A stretch of 63,419 nucleotides of DNA, filler included, from Thraustochytrium aureum (lineage: Eukaryota), in the NCBI GenBank assembly GCA_012862495.1. It is 5 parts of 4 records of this genome, joined end to end, with 100 filler letters (N's around TTAATTAATTAA, not from the genome) between each part and the next. Parts side by side here need not be neighbours in the genome. Positions count along the whole stretch, not along the records: positions 1 to 24,217 come from BLSG01000192.1; 4 more parts are not named here. One strand, written 5' to 3'. This document shows positions 1-12,312 of this stretch, one piece after another. The notes beneath the pieces were generated by a model that did no database searches, had not been told where the DNA came from, and saw only the letters and a list, made by a program, of their open reading frames with translations. A program made the position numbers and the translations under genes. Each line of letters starts with the position of its first letter. The first letter of the stretch is position 1.

Positions 1-193
1 ACCAGGTCCAGGTTGAGGTCGAGGTCGAGGTCGAGGACGAGGACGAGGACGAGGCGCGGCGTGTGGCGCGACTCGCGACGCGGCTGGTGCTGCCGGGCGG
101 GGACGTGGATGGGCGGAGCTTTGGAGACGTGGCCCGGTTGAACGCTGCGAGGCGCTGGCTTGGCGAGGTTGGGCCTGGCGAGCCACGGCGGCG

Positions 194-802
194 ATGGCGC
201 AGCGGGGCGGCGGCGATGAGGGCAATCCGCTGATTTTTAAACGTGTGTGGGCGTTCTTGGGGTCGCAGGGCTGGAGCCGAGCCGAGCCGGGATTTCGGGG
301 CGAGAAGCAATGCGTTTTCGTGCGACGCAATTGCGACCTTGACCTTGAATCCATGAAGGATGGCAGCGACTACTTTGTTGGGGAAAGGGCCGTGCTCGAC
401 TTTGTCTGGAACCGGAGCGAGGTCCTCTCAAAGTACTTTTTGTTTGTGTCCGGGAACCTGTCAAAGTTCCCCAAGAAACAGCGCCGCAAGCTAGCCAAGG
501 CCATGGCCAGGGCGAAGCAGAGCAAGGCCAACAGCCGAGCCGCTCTCGCGCCGCCGGATACCTTGCCACTAGCGCTCAGCGGCGTTTGCGAGGGAGGGGA
601 AAAGCAGGCAAAGCGACGCCGCCTCCTCACCAATTCCTCCCGCGTAAACTCGTCCAACCCGTCAAATTCCTCTCCAGGCAGCGACGCTGACGTTGAATCA
701 TCGACCGAGGAGACGCCATTCGACCTTGCGACAGGTCCTGCTGTCTTGGCATCCGCAGCGTCTGGCGACTCACCAGACGAGGGCGAAGGGTCCTCAAGCA
801 GG

Positions 803-833
<31 letters not shown>

Positions 834-1576
834 GCACGTGTGTCTCTGGCGCACAGGTCGCCTCTCGCGCGCGGCCATTACTCGTCGCAGAGCGGGAAAG
901 CTCGCTCCCGCCCATTTACTGAGCTACGCGAGCTGGTGCGCCTGGTTCGAGCGCACAATCGAAGAGCTCGGGGGCTGGGGCGTCGTTGAAGGCCAAAATG
1001 TGCGATACGGCTCGAACGATTTCGTGGCAGTGCACAGCGGCATTCGCTACACGGAATCGCGTGGCGCGCAGCTCTGCGTCGCGCCAACGCCCGCAGCGCC
1101 GAACCGCGCGGAAACGGCTGCAGTCCCTTCGCCCTTGCCAACTTCGACCAGCAAACCTGATGAGGACCAGTCCTGCCACCCTGAAGACGCCGCCACGCCC
1201 TCAATGGCTAAGACGGTCTGCAGTGACGCGTCTGACTCGGAGGCGGGCGAAGACTCGATCGTGACTGTGCAGTTCTGCGCCCAATATGGCCGCTCCAACA
1301 GCAACTTGGTGCAGATGTGCATTCGTCTCCTTGGCATCCGCCCGGACGACCGCTTCGTAGACATCGGGTCCGGGATCGGCCAGGTCGTTCTCCAGGTAGC
1401 CACACCGCGGGCTGCCCCGCGGTCGGACTCGAGCTTCTCCCGAAGCGACACCAGACAGCACTGACCCTGCTAAAGGTCCACAGCGCGTTTGTCGAGCGGT
1501 GTGCGGTGCCAAGCGGCGCGGTGCGCCTTATCCAGGGAGACTTTACCAAGCGCTGCTTCCAACCGCTCATTCTCGG
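194..1576 (+). CDS. DOT1-like class I SAM-dependent (histone H3K79-type) methyltransferase, frameshifted, 3' end lost in gap
   Basis: Joining ORFs 194-922, 838-1464 and 1317-1576 gives LLGIRPDDRFVDIGSGIGQVVLQVA|HTAGCPAVGLELLPKRH...VRLIQGDF, matching DOT1 motifs I, post-I and II. One extra C is needed at ~908 and one at ~1400. Confidence 0.7.
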
Positions 1577-2389
1577 NNNNNNNNNNNNNNNNNNNNNNNN
1601 NNNNNNNNNNNNNNNNNNNNNNNNNNNNNNNNNNNNNNNNNNNNNNNNNNNNNNNNNNNNNNNNNNNNNNNNNNNNNNNNNNNNNNNNNNNNNNNNNNNN
1701 NNNNNNNNNNNNNNNNNNNNNNNNNNNNNNNNNNNNNNNNNNNNNNNNNNNNNNNNNNNNNNNNNNNNNNNNNNNNNNNNNNNNNNNNNNNNNNNNNNNN
1801 NNNNNNNNNNNNNNNNNNNNNNNNNNNNNNNNNNNNNNNNNNNNNNNNNNNNNNNNNNNNNNNNNNNNNNNNNNNNNNNNNNNNNNNNNNNNNNNNNNNN
1901 NNNNNNNNNNNNNNNNNNNNNNNNNNNNNNNNNNNNNNNNNNNNNNNNNNNNNNNNNNNNNNNNNNNNNNNNNNNNNNNNNNNNNNNNNNNNNNNNNNNN
2001 NNNNNNNNNNNNNNNNNNNNNNNNNNNNNNNNNNNNNNNNNNNNNNNNNNNNNNNNNNNNNNNNNNNNNNNNNNNNNNNNNNNNNNNNNNNNNNNNNNNN
2101 NNNNNNNNNNNNNNNNNNNNNNNNNNNNNNNNNNNNNNNNNNNNNNNNNNNNNNNNNNNNNNNNNNNNNNNNNNNNNNNNNNNNNNNNNNNNNNNNNNNN
2201 NNNNNNNNNNNNNNNNNNNNNNNNNNNNNNNNNNNNNNNNNNNNNNNNNNNNNNNNNNNNNNNNNNNNNNNNNNNNNNNNNNNNNNNNNNNNNNNNNNNN
2301 NNNNNNNNNNNNNNNNNNNNNNNNNNNNNNNNNNNNNNNNNNNNNNNNNNNNNNNNNNNNNNNNNNNNNNNNNNNNNNNNNNNNNNNNT

Positions 2390-2999
2390 ACGAAGTAGAG
2401 CTCAAGTCTGGCTCGGCAGTGCAGACCAAGGTAGAACTCCGTCCAGTGTTCCTGCTGCCCAGAGTCGAGCCGGGCGCTCTCGTTTGTCTTAGGGTGCGCA
2501 CAGGGGCGGTTCGTCGCGACTCGCGGACGTGCGCGTGGAGCGCGTACTCGCCGTCTGTCGCATACCACGCGCCGCTACAAACCCTTGCAATAGCCAAACT
2601 ATTCTTCGACACGGAGACGTCGTGCATTTTACGGTGGTCAGAGCCTGCATGCGTACAGATACAATGGCGTGAAGTGGCGCTTCCCAGCACGTGTACGCCT
2701 TGGAAGTCTACGACCCCCGCTCACGTGCACGGCACGCAGTGCCGCAAAAAGCGCCTCAGCCAACGTGGGCAGCTTGTGCAGTTTCGCATTCGAGCCTTCA
2801 ACCCCAAAACGCTTCTTACAGGGCCCTGGACACCCGTCGCGGAGCTCAAGTGCACTGCAGAGCCGCCTTGCGAGCGGGTCGCCGCCGCAGACCCTCCCGG
2901 GGAGGGCACCGAAACGCAGCCTGGGACGCGTTGCGCTCCGGTCCAGCCCGGCGAACGTCTCTCTGGCGCGGGGGCTGAGCATTCTTCATGCTCAGCCCA
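2390..2999 (+). CDS. Fragment with fibronectin type III-like domains, between two gaps
   Basis: Contains LRVRT..WSAYS and ILRWSEP..VQFRIRAFN..TGPWTP, typical FN3 strand patterns. Linkage to the upstream gene is unknown. Confidence 0.5.
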
Positions 3000-3815
3000 N
3001 NNNNNNNNNNNNNNNNNNNNNNNNNNNNNNNNNNNNNNNNNNNNNNNNNNNNNNNNNNNNNNNNNNNNNNNNNNNNNNNNNNNNNNNNNNNNNNNNNNNN
3101 NNNNNNNNNNNNNNNNNNNNNNNNNNNNNNNNNNNNNNNNNNNNNNNNNNNNNNNNNNNNNNNNNNNNNNNNNNNNNNNNNNNNNNNNNNNNNNNNNNNN
3201 NNNNNNNNNNNNNNNNNNNNNNNNNNNNNNNNNNNNNNNNNNNNNNNNNNNNNNNNNNNNNNNNNNNNNNNNNNNNNNNNNNNNNNNNNNNNNNNNNNNN
3301 NNNNNNNNNNNNNNNNNNNNNNNNNNNNNNNNNNNNNNNNNNNNNNNNNNNNNNNNNNNNNNNNNNNNNNNNNNNNNNNNNNNNNNNNNNNNNNNNNNNN
3401 NNNNNNNNNNNNNNNNNNNNNNNNNNNNNNNNNNNNNNNNNNNNNNNNNNNNNNNNNNNNNNNNNNNNNNNNNNNNNNNNNNNNNNNNNNNNNNNNNNNN
3501 NNNNNNNNNNNNNNNNNNNNNNNNNNNNNNNNNNNNNNNNNNNNNNNNNNNNNNNNNNNNNNNNNNNNNNNNNNNNNNNNNNNNNNNNNNNNNNNNNNNN
3601 NNNNNNNNNNNNNNNNNNNNNNNNNNNNNNNNNNNNNNNNNNNNNNNNNNNNNNNNNNNNNNNNNNNNNNNNNNNNNNNNNNNNNNNNNNNNNNNNNNNN
3701 NNNNNNNNNNNNNNNNNNNNNNNNNNNNNNNNNNNNNNNNNNNNNNNNNNNNNNNNNNNNNNNNNNNNNNNNNNNNNNNNNNNNNNNNNNNNNNNNNNNN
3801 NNNNNNNNNNNNNNN

Positions 3816-4155
3816 CAGCTTCTACCGAGGCTGCATCGCTTCTCTCACGATCGACCGCGGCGTCTGGGCAACTCGTCGCGCTCGGGGCCTTCGAGGCCCC
3901 TTGCCGTTCGCGCCGACGTGGCGTGCTGTTTCCCGTGGACCTTTTGCCTCTCGCGGCCCTCGGCGAGTTGCACGCGCCAGGCTCGTTCTCTTCGCCAGTC
4001 TTCACGGCGGGCGGCGTCGCTTTGCTTCTCTTCGTTGCCGCCCCTTTGCTTGATTCCGTTCCGGCTGCCAGCTGCTGCACGGTCACCTGAGCGGGTGCTA
4101 CGTACGCGTCATCCTCGGCATCCGCGCCGATGCAGCCCTGCGTCGAGTTGCCCAT
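3816..4155 (-). CDS. 5' fragment of unknown protein (MGNSTQGC..., possible N-acylation)
   Basis: ATG-initiated ORF running into a gap, with a low-complexity polar N-terminus. Confidence 0.35.
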
Positions 4156-4594
4156 CTTCCAGCCCGCTCGCTCAAACAGGCCGTAGCGAGAAGCCAGGCA
4201 CTAGCGCGAGTCTGGTTGCCGACGTTCGAGTTTAGCGGCGGCCTGCAGTCGCTCGTTCGAGCAGAACAGCTCAAACGGTCGTAACGGTCACGGCCCGTTG
4301 ACACCCAAAACTCTCGCTTGCCATCGATCGATCCACCTCTCGTCGTGCGCCGCTCTCACGCGCTCCGCGATGCCCCTCGATCGTTGGGCGCGCAGAAGAC
4401 TTGCCGAGATAACGGCGACGAAGCGACGACGCGTTGGACAGCCAGAGCCTTGGCTTGCATCAGAACACGCAAGAAGCGTGGCTCTTGGTCAATCAAATCG
4501 TGAAATGTCTCATTTTCTTTCGTTTTTGCGAGCTCGCGGGAATCTACGCCGTAGCAGTCGGCTGAATGGGCACGAGCGGCGCGCACAAGCACAG

Positions 4595-5854
4595 TCAGGG
4601 CGCCGGTGGCGGCGGCTGTGGCGCCGCGGGCTCCGGATCCAGCTTGTAGAGCCGGTAGAGGACGTCCCGGCTCCCAAACCATGCCGTGTTTTCCCACGAA
4701 GCGATAACGACGCCGTCGCCAGGGGCGGGAACGTCGCCCGACACAGTGCGGCTCGTCGAGCACTCCTCCGCCGTGAACTCTCTGGGCGGGACGAGCGTCA
4801 ATTCTGAGCCACAAGCAGCGCGCACAAAGATGATCTTGAACGCTATTGGGGCAAGCCGTGTGAGAAACTTGTAGGCGATCGAGTCGCCCTCGGAGACCTT
4901 GATTTCAGCCGTCACGGTCGTTCCTGCGCCCACGTTGATCTCTGTGAAGCACTTGTGCGTGGGTAAGCAAGGCGGGCCAGTTCCGTCGAGCTCGGCGGGC
5001 AGCTGGTCGGGCTCGATAAACTCTGCAAGCCGCGGCTTCCAAGCCTCTGGGCCGCCGAGGATCTCGATCTTGGACACTGTGCGGGGATCCAGGAAGCCCT
5101 TGATGATGTTCCAGGCGAAAGAAAAGCTGAGCACGCAGGCCGAGGACCACAAGGGGTCAGCAAACGAGCGCATCGGCGCTGGCAGGCGAGCCACCGAGGC
5201 GGGTGCTAGTGCAAATGCGCTCTCTGGGCAGGCAACTTACATTCCAGGGCTGTTGATGATAAACATCTTGCCCATCGTCTCTGGGTAGTTATCGGAATCC
5301 ACCTTTGAGAGCGCCTTGACAAAGTCAACAGTCTCTGAAGAGAGCATGCCGACGGTGAGGCCCTCCAAGTCGAGGATCGACAAGGTCTTGTTAACCGTGC
5401 GTCCGCGCACCTCCGTCGCATGTGCATACTTGTCCTGCAGCTCCTCCATGAGGCAAACGTGGAAACGGGTGAACTTTTCGTCTGTCGTCAGGCAGTGCAG
5501 CGCTTGGATGTCCACTCGGCCCGTCTGCTCGTACCAGATCGGCCGGCCGTCCTTGCAGTGGCCGGCATAGTTGCCCCGATAAAACTGGGCGACCTCCTCG
5601 ACGGGCGAGCCGAGGCAGGCCGCCTTGCCGTCCCGCACGCAGGCGCTCGCAAACTCAGTGCGCCAATGCACGGCTGCGGCGATCTGCGCCGCCGCTGCAT
5701 CCACGTTGAATTTTCGCGCCTGCAGAAAGCGCTGCAGCGCGTCCTCCTCAGGCTCGGCCTTGAAGCAGACCACCTTGAGGTCCACGTCGTCCGCCTCGAG
5801 TTTGGCCCTCAGCTGCGCTTTCAGCGCGTCAACATCAACGGCCGGGCTCGCCAT
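4595..5854 (-). CDS. SEC14/CRAL-TRIO lipid-binding protein with C-terminal GOLD-like domain; intron 5127-5240
   Basis: Motifs LQRFLQARKFNV, CKDGRPIWYE, DNYPETMGKMFIINSP and FLDPRTVSKI..LPAELDG. A GTAAGT...CTGAC...CAG intron restores the frame (PGI-FSFAW). Confidence 0.92.
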
Positions 5855-6015
5855 CCTGGTCGGTCGCTGTGCGCACTGGTCTGCTGCGCGCTGGCTTGCC
5901 TGGGCCTACAGGCCAGGAGGTCTCTGGGTACTGAACTCGAGAGAGCGTGCGAGCTGTTCTGCAGCGAGCTCTGCCAGGCTGGCCGTCCGGCGCTGCCTGC
6001 CTCGTCCGTGGCGGC

Positions 6016-6053
<38 letters not shown>

Positions 6054-6831
6054 NNNNNNNNNNNNNNNNNNNNNNNNNNNNNNNNNNNNNNNNNNNNNNN
6101 NNNNNNNNNNNNNNNNNNNNNNNNNNNNNNNNNNNNNNNNNNNNNNNNNNNNNNNNNNNNNNNNNNNNNNNNNNNNNNNNNNNNNNNNNNNNNNNNNNNN
6201 NNNNNNNNNNNNNNNNNNNNNNNNNNNNNNNNNNNNNNNNNNNNNNNNNNNNNNNNNNNNNNNNNNNNNNNNNNNNNNNNNNNNNNNNNNNNNNNNNNNN
6301 NNNNNNNNNNNNNNNNNNNNNNNNNNNNNNNNNNNNNNNNNNNNNNNNNNNNNNNNNNNNNNNNNNNNNNNNNNNNNNNNNNNNNNNNNNNNNNNNNNNN
6401 NNNNNNNNNNNNNNNNNNNNNNNNNNNNNNNNNNNNNNNNNNNNNNNNNNNNNNNNNNNNNNNNNNNNNNNNNNNNNNNNNNNNNNNNNNNNNNNNNNNN
6501 NNNNNNNNNNNNNNNNNNNNNNNNNNNNNNNNNNNNNNNNNNNNNNNNNNNNNNNNNNNNNNNNNNNNNNNNNNNNNNNNNNNNNNNNNNNNNNNNNNNN
6601 NNNNNNNNNNNNNNNNNNNNNNNNNNNNNNNNNNNNNNNNNNNNNNNNNNNNNNNNNNNNNNNNNNNNNNNNNNNNNNNNNNNNNNNNNNNNNNNNNNNN
6701 NNNNNNNNNNNNNNNNNNNNNNNNNNNNNNNNNNNNNNNNNNNNNNNNNNNNNNNNNNNNNNNNNNNNNNNNNNNNNNNNNNNNNNNNNNNNNNNNNNNN
6801 NNNNNNNNNNNNNNNNNNNNNNNNNNNNNNN

Positions 6832-7963
6832 GAAGGTGTGGTGGTCGCTGTGGCGCTGCAGCTTGTGCAAAAAGGCGTTTGAAAGGACGGTGCGGGGCGT
6901 TCCACGAGTGCGTGGGATCGCAGGCCTCGTACTTGCCGTTCGAGAGCTTCTTGCGGCTCAGGCCGTAGTGCTCGACGTAGTTGACCATCTCGAGCAGGAG
7001 CGCGGACCCGAGGCCCTGCAGATAAAAGAGCTTGAGCGCGCGCATCCCGCCGCCAGAGGCCTTTGCAATCAAGCTGCCCCACGCCAGGGGGACCACGAGA
7101 TTGGCGAGCATGCGGGCCGGGCCCTCGATGTGCCAGGCGCTGAGCCAGCCTCCAACGAGGGTGCGCGGGAGGAACGTGTAGAATGGCTCGTTGAGGCGCG
7201 CGCTTGCAGGGTCCTCCGGGGTGGCAACCTTGTCGTGGTGGCCGACCAGGTGCTCGGCGCCCCAATGCACGTAGTTGACGTTCATCAGCAGCGCGTAGCC
7301 GAGCAGCTTTTCCAGCTTGGACTGCTTGTGGATGAGCTCGTGCGACACGTTGATGCCAATCCCGTTCAGGATCATCAGCGTCCCGAGCGCGCCGACCACG
7401 TCCAGCGACGTCATGCGGTTGCGCTTGTCCACGATGGCCGCGATGGTCTTGGCTGTCGTGGCAAGCTCCAGGACTGCCCACAAGTAGAGCGGGAGCCGGA
7501 ACTTGGCCGTCAACGACTTGTGCTCCTTTTGGTCCTCCTTGGTCGGGTTGGCCCAGTCCTCTGGCGCGGCCAAGTCGAGCAGGGGCACAAGCGCAAACAC
7601 GGCCCACATGATGTTGCGAAAGCGGGGCCACGCGCCCACCTGGGAGCCTGGCTGCGAGGCGAAGAAGCTGCCGCCGAAGGCGAAGCATGGCCACAAGCTC
7701 AATGACCTGCACGAGCGTCGGAAACCAGTACTCTGCGGCCCCGGTCCACCCAAGGTCCACCTTTGTCCGCCTCGCTTTACGAAAACCTTGTGCGTCCCAT
7801 CCTTGTCGCGCACACGCACGACCTCGTCCTCGTGCGCATCCTTGCGCGCCGTCAGCGCCCGCACAGCCATGTGCGCGGTGAGCCAGCTCAAAAACGCGCC
7901 AGCGGCCGCGGCGTGCGGCTGCTCCACCGCGAAGGTGCGCAACTTGCTGGCACTCGCGCCCAT
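6832..7963 (-). CDS. alkB: Alkane 1-monooxygenase (AlkB-type membrane di-iron hydroxylase), 3' end in gap
   Basis: All His boxes are present: HELIHK, EHLVGHH, NYVEHYG and SWNA..LQRHSDHH, the last after a 1-nt frameshift at ~6885. VATPEDPASAR is also present. Confidence 0.9.
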
Positions 7964-8855
7964 GATTGCTGGTCGACCTCGCGTGCTGCGGACCACCAGC
8001 ACCTCGCTAGCTGTCAGCGCGTGCGCGAGGATCGCCTTCTCTGGCAAACGCCTGTGAAACCTGCCGCGGAGATGGGGTTCTGCCGGCTCGGGGCTCGGCC
8101 AGTGGCGCATCCAACGTGCGCATGGCGCGAGCTTTCCCAAGCACAAGCTGCGGCCTCAATCCTCGAGTGAAACCGGACGTTGCGCAACACCGCGAGGCGC
8201 AGAGTTCGCTTTCCAGGCCAGCCTGCCAGAGGGTTTCGGTTGCAAGACTCGTAACGACTCGCAGCTCGAGTCGCAAGTCGTCCCACAACTCACTCAGCAG
8301 CAACGTTCATGCATGCCTGATCAGGTGATTGCGCTGTCCTTCGCTCGCGATGGATTCCACCAAACGCGAAGAACACCTGTGACAGAACCGCCGGAGCACG
8401 ATCCACAACCACGCGACAACAACCACGCAACGACGTGGCTTTGGCAGCGCGTGTTGGCCGGCCCCGCGCGACCGGCTCTGCTCTTTGAAGACTCGCACAC
8501 CCCGGGCTTCGAGATGATGGCTTGCACGACGACTACTTGGCTTGTCCTGTGCCCGAGGATGATCTGATCTTCGTGACTCCTCCCCCCGAGCAGTTTGGAG
8601 GCTTTGGCATTGGATTGCAGATGCGCGGTTGCCGCTGTTGCCGGCGGAGCAGGAGGCTCGCGGGGTCGCAGAGACACGCCAGAAGTTGGCTGCCTTCGGC
8701 TACTTCGGCCTTTGTGTCACTGCTCCATGCGGTTGGACGCTCACGGTGCGAGAGGAGGCTGGAAAGGGTCGCGGCGCGGCGCGACGCGACGCGACGCGGG
8801 AATTGCGAAGGCCAAAGTCGCGGCCTTTAATCTTATCTGATCATCAAAAGGACTC

Positions 8856-9000
8856 GGAGGACGACGGGGCGCAGTGATTAGGGAATCTGCTGCGCCGTTG
8901 ACGACATGAGGCTGCACGCTGTCGAGGGCGTTCTGGAGGACGACGGGGCGCAGTGATTAGGGAATCTGCTGCGCCATCGACGACATGAGGCTGCACGCTG
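8856..9000. repeat. Two 66-bp direct repeats (period 79), each containing an inverted repeat
   Basis: 8856-8921 and 8935-9000 differ at 2 nt. Each has the hairpin GGCGCAG-TGATT-AGGG-AATC-TG-CTGCGCC. Confidence 0.9.
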
Positions 9001-9316
9001 GAGAGTGCGTGGAGGCCTGCCTGCATGCCTGCCTTCGTCGCGCAAAAGATACTTGAACCGCGCATGCCCGTTCGACGTGTGAGTCCAAACATCCGAGCAA
9101 CGACCGTCTGCGCATCTCTGTAGGGCTGACTCTAGCTAGAGCTCGAGACAACTACATCACGAAGCCAGCGAAGGCGCGACGCGGGGCAAGCGAGACAACT
9201 CGTTCCAGAGATCAATCTTTCCAACTTGCCAGAGGGGGCCACGGGCCTTCTACTACAATGTGGTGGTTGCTGGTCATTCGGCGAACGATGAGGCCAGCGA
9301 GGCGAGCGCGCTGTGG

Positions 9317-11480
9317 TCAACCTTGCCCTCGACAACAGACCCACGAGAGTCGATGACATCCCGCGGCAGAGGAAAGCCAAAATGTGTCGTCCGTGTCGTG
9401 GGCCGTCATTTTGGCCGCCATCGGGTTGACCTTGGTACGCTTGGTGCGGTTCTCAAAGGAGGAGCGGCGCGACACGGTGTTGTCACCACAGGAAAGACAA
9501 GGGTTTTCGTAGCGCACGCCGTCCTGGGTGGTCCACAGCAGCTTGTGGCGGTGGTAAAAGAGCTTGCCCTTCTCGATCATGCCCAGCTTGGAGTAGCGCG
9601 GGTTGACGATGACCTGGTCAGAGCAGCGAAAGTAGCAGTCGTCGTAAAGGTAGTCGCCAAACTTGAACGGATGATTCGAGGACCGCCCCGTGCGCACCTT
9701 TTGGATGAGCGGCCGCCTGTACAAGCGCGCAGTGGACCGGCCGCGGCAGTACAGAGTGTCCAGGCCGAGCGCCGCAGCGACTGCCCCATTGTAGGCGTCG
9801 GTGACCCAGTTGAGAAGCTGGCACGGCGAGTAGAGGGCCAGCGCCAGCGTGTTGAGCCAGCGGATGATTGCGCGGTCAAAGAGATGCGTCCGCTTGAGGA
9901 GGAGGTTGAAAGCGAGAAAGGTCGTCACCGGGACGTCGAGCAGGATGACCAAGAGCCCGCCGACCAAGGCAAAGAGCTGCTCGACCACGCAGAACGGGAG
10001 CAGCAAAGGGTTGAATCCTTCGCCATAGATCCTGTCGATTGTGATGGCAGAGCTGGCGGGCGTCGTCATCCAGTAGCAGACCATGCTCGGCGGCGCGCCG
10101 GGCGAGGTGAGGTCGATCTCGTTGCCAAGGAACCGGTTGGCCACGCCGCGCTGCCAGTGGAGGAGGGGGCGGTACACTGAGCAGTACTCCTCGACGGGCT
10201 TGAGGTCGTCGACAAGCTGGCGCACGTAGCCGCTGCGCGGCACGTAGATTCTTGGAAAGTAGAACGGCCTGGAAGGAAAGTCAGAGTGGCTGAACCCACC
10301 GTATATCCCGGCGTAAGCCGTCTGCACAAGGCAAGCCACATTTATCGTCGACCCGATGAGGAGCACCAGGCTCGGGCCGTCGATCTGGTCGTTGAGCGCA
10401 GGGGATCTTGAGCTCGTCCGCAATTAGCTCGGCAACCTCGCCAATCGAAGCAAACAGGGAGATCAGCACCCGCTTCGTAGACATGGACATGCCCATTCGG
10501 TACGACATGTGCAAGTGCAGCGACTCGTGGGCATAGAACCGTGAAATCGCACCGAACAAGATTGACTGCGGCGCGATCCACTCCTCCGCGGCGATCCCCG
10601 CAACGATGATACCTGCCACGAGTGAAATGGACCGATCGCCTTCGACAATCGAGATGGCGCAACTCCCGACGATAATCAAGATGGCGATTACGGCGTCAGA
10701 CCACTTGTTGTCGTGCTGGTCCTGCAGCCACTGGCTCCAGACCCGGGTTTCGGGCTTGGGCAGATCGCTAATAACGATGCGGTCTACGCGGCGCGGTGCG
10801 AGCTGGTCCCAGTTCAGAAAGAAGTAGACCTTTTGGTACGCCGAAACGTACTCGCTTGCCCTCGAGCCCTCGTGCGGGCGAGCGGCGCGGTTGACCGTGG
10901 TCAGCACCTGGTCGAGCTCCCAGATCATCGTGTGACGATCCGTCAGCCCGTGGATCTCCAGCTCCATGTAAAAGATCGGGGCGTCGTCGCCGATCGCGTC
11001 CTTTGCAAAGATGTAGAGCGCAAAGGCCCGGTCCGGCAAGACGTTGATGAGCGAGGTGCCGATCAGCTCGCGCCACAGCTCAAAGTCGCGCCAGTACATG
11101 TCCGTAGAGTCCCAGGGCGCAAAGTCCAGCTGGGCCTCGATATCGCGGGCATCGTCGTCCAACCCCTCGTTCGCGCCTTTGCCCAGCACGCTCGCGATCC
11201 CGCCGTCCATCACGCGGATGGTGTGCCCGCGGCACGAGGCTTCGCCGTACTTTACGGAATCGGACTGGACCATGTCGCGGATGAAGCGGTTCAGCCGCCA
11301 CGGCCGGTCGCGCTTGAGCAGGACCGTCCGGTCGCCCTCCTTGAGGTTCAAGGTGGCGAGCTCCTGGATGGCGCCTTTTTTCAGGCGACCATAGTTGCGC
11401 ACGTGCTTGCCATCCTTGCGAAACTCGCGCTCTTGCGCCGCGGTGAAGTTTTCCACCTTGAGGTACTTGTTGGCCGCCAT
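9317..11480 (-). CDS. Unknown ~720-aa multi-pass membrane protein (two ORFs joined by 1-nt frameshift at ~10401)
   Basis: ORFs 10281-11480 and 9317-10423 have protein-like composition and hydrophobic segments. Removing one base of GGGG at 10401-10404 joins ELKIP-ALNDQ. Confidence 0.65.
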
Positions 11481-12312
11481 TGTGCCCGCGCGCTGCTCGC
11501 GTCGCGACCTGGTCGTCTGCGTGGATGCCTGCTTTTGATCGGGTACTGCGGAGCAATTGCGCCCTGCACTTCTGGGGCTCTTTAGTAGTGCTCGATGTGA
11601 GTCGAGCCGCCTCCTTCCACGGACATTTTAGTACCTAGCTAGACTCTGCAGATGCTCGCGCTGCCGCCCTCCGACTCGGCGCGCTGGGCCTGGTCAAACG
11701 AGCGAACGCTCTTCGCTTGCGGAGGCTGCAGCGCCCCGCAAGAAGCCAACGCATCATCATCCAAGGGCTACGAGTTGGATGCGAACAAGCAAGTAAAGCA
11801 AGTAAACTACAGCTAGGTACAGTACTCTGCCCTACTGATGAGGTGAGCATCAAAGTCCAGCTGCACTGCCAGCACAGGCGATGCTCTGGCGGCCGAGAGC
11901 GGGAAGCTAGCTGGCTCGCCAGGTATGCGAGCGCAGCCTCCCTGGTCTTCCTGAGCTGGCTTCGAATCGGCAAGGTGCAGGGAAAAGACTCGCGAGGAAG
12001 GACGACGTGCACACCCACCTACGGACGTAACGATACCTCTGCCAAGACGAAGCCCAGCAGGCACGCTCGACATGGTGCCGGCCCCGTGACGCGAAGGCGA
12101 GAAGATTCAGTGCGTCCAAGAGATCAAGAGCCGCCACAGCGTGGTCTGAGGTCTGACAGAGGCATGTCGTGCACCCTCTCGTGGTACCGTTACGTCCTCG
12201 TCCTCATGCGAGTCCTTGCTTTTTCATCCGTCGCGGTGCTCGGGACTCTGCAGACGCCGATCGCAGGCATGGCAGTCCGGCTTGGCGCGCGCGCTGCAGT
12301 TGGGCCGAAGAC

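Noticed and set aside
920..922. TGA readthrough/selenocysteine in the DOT1-like gene
   Set aside because: The downstream same-frame sequence is not protein-like, a 1-nt frameshift explains it better, and no SECIS is visible.
1470..7760. Long ORFs spanning N runs and antisense shadow ORFs
   Set aside because: They are artefacts of gaps and high GC content.
8313..8830. Small plus-strand gene from two overlapping ORFs
   Set aside because: It needs a frameshift and has no recognisable homology.
8856..9000. CRISPR array
   Set aside because: Only two 66-bp units with a 13-nt spacer, no cas genes, and a eukaryotic context.
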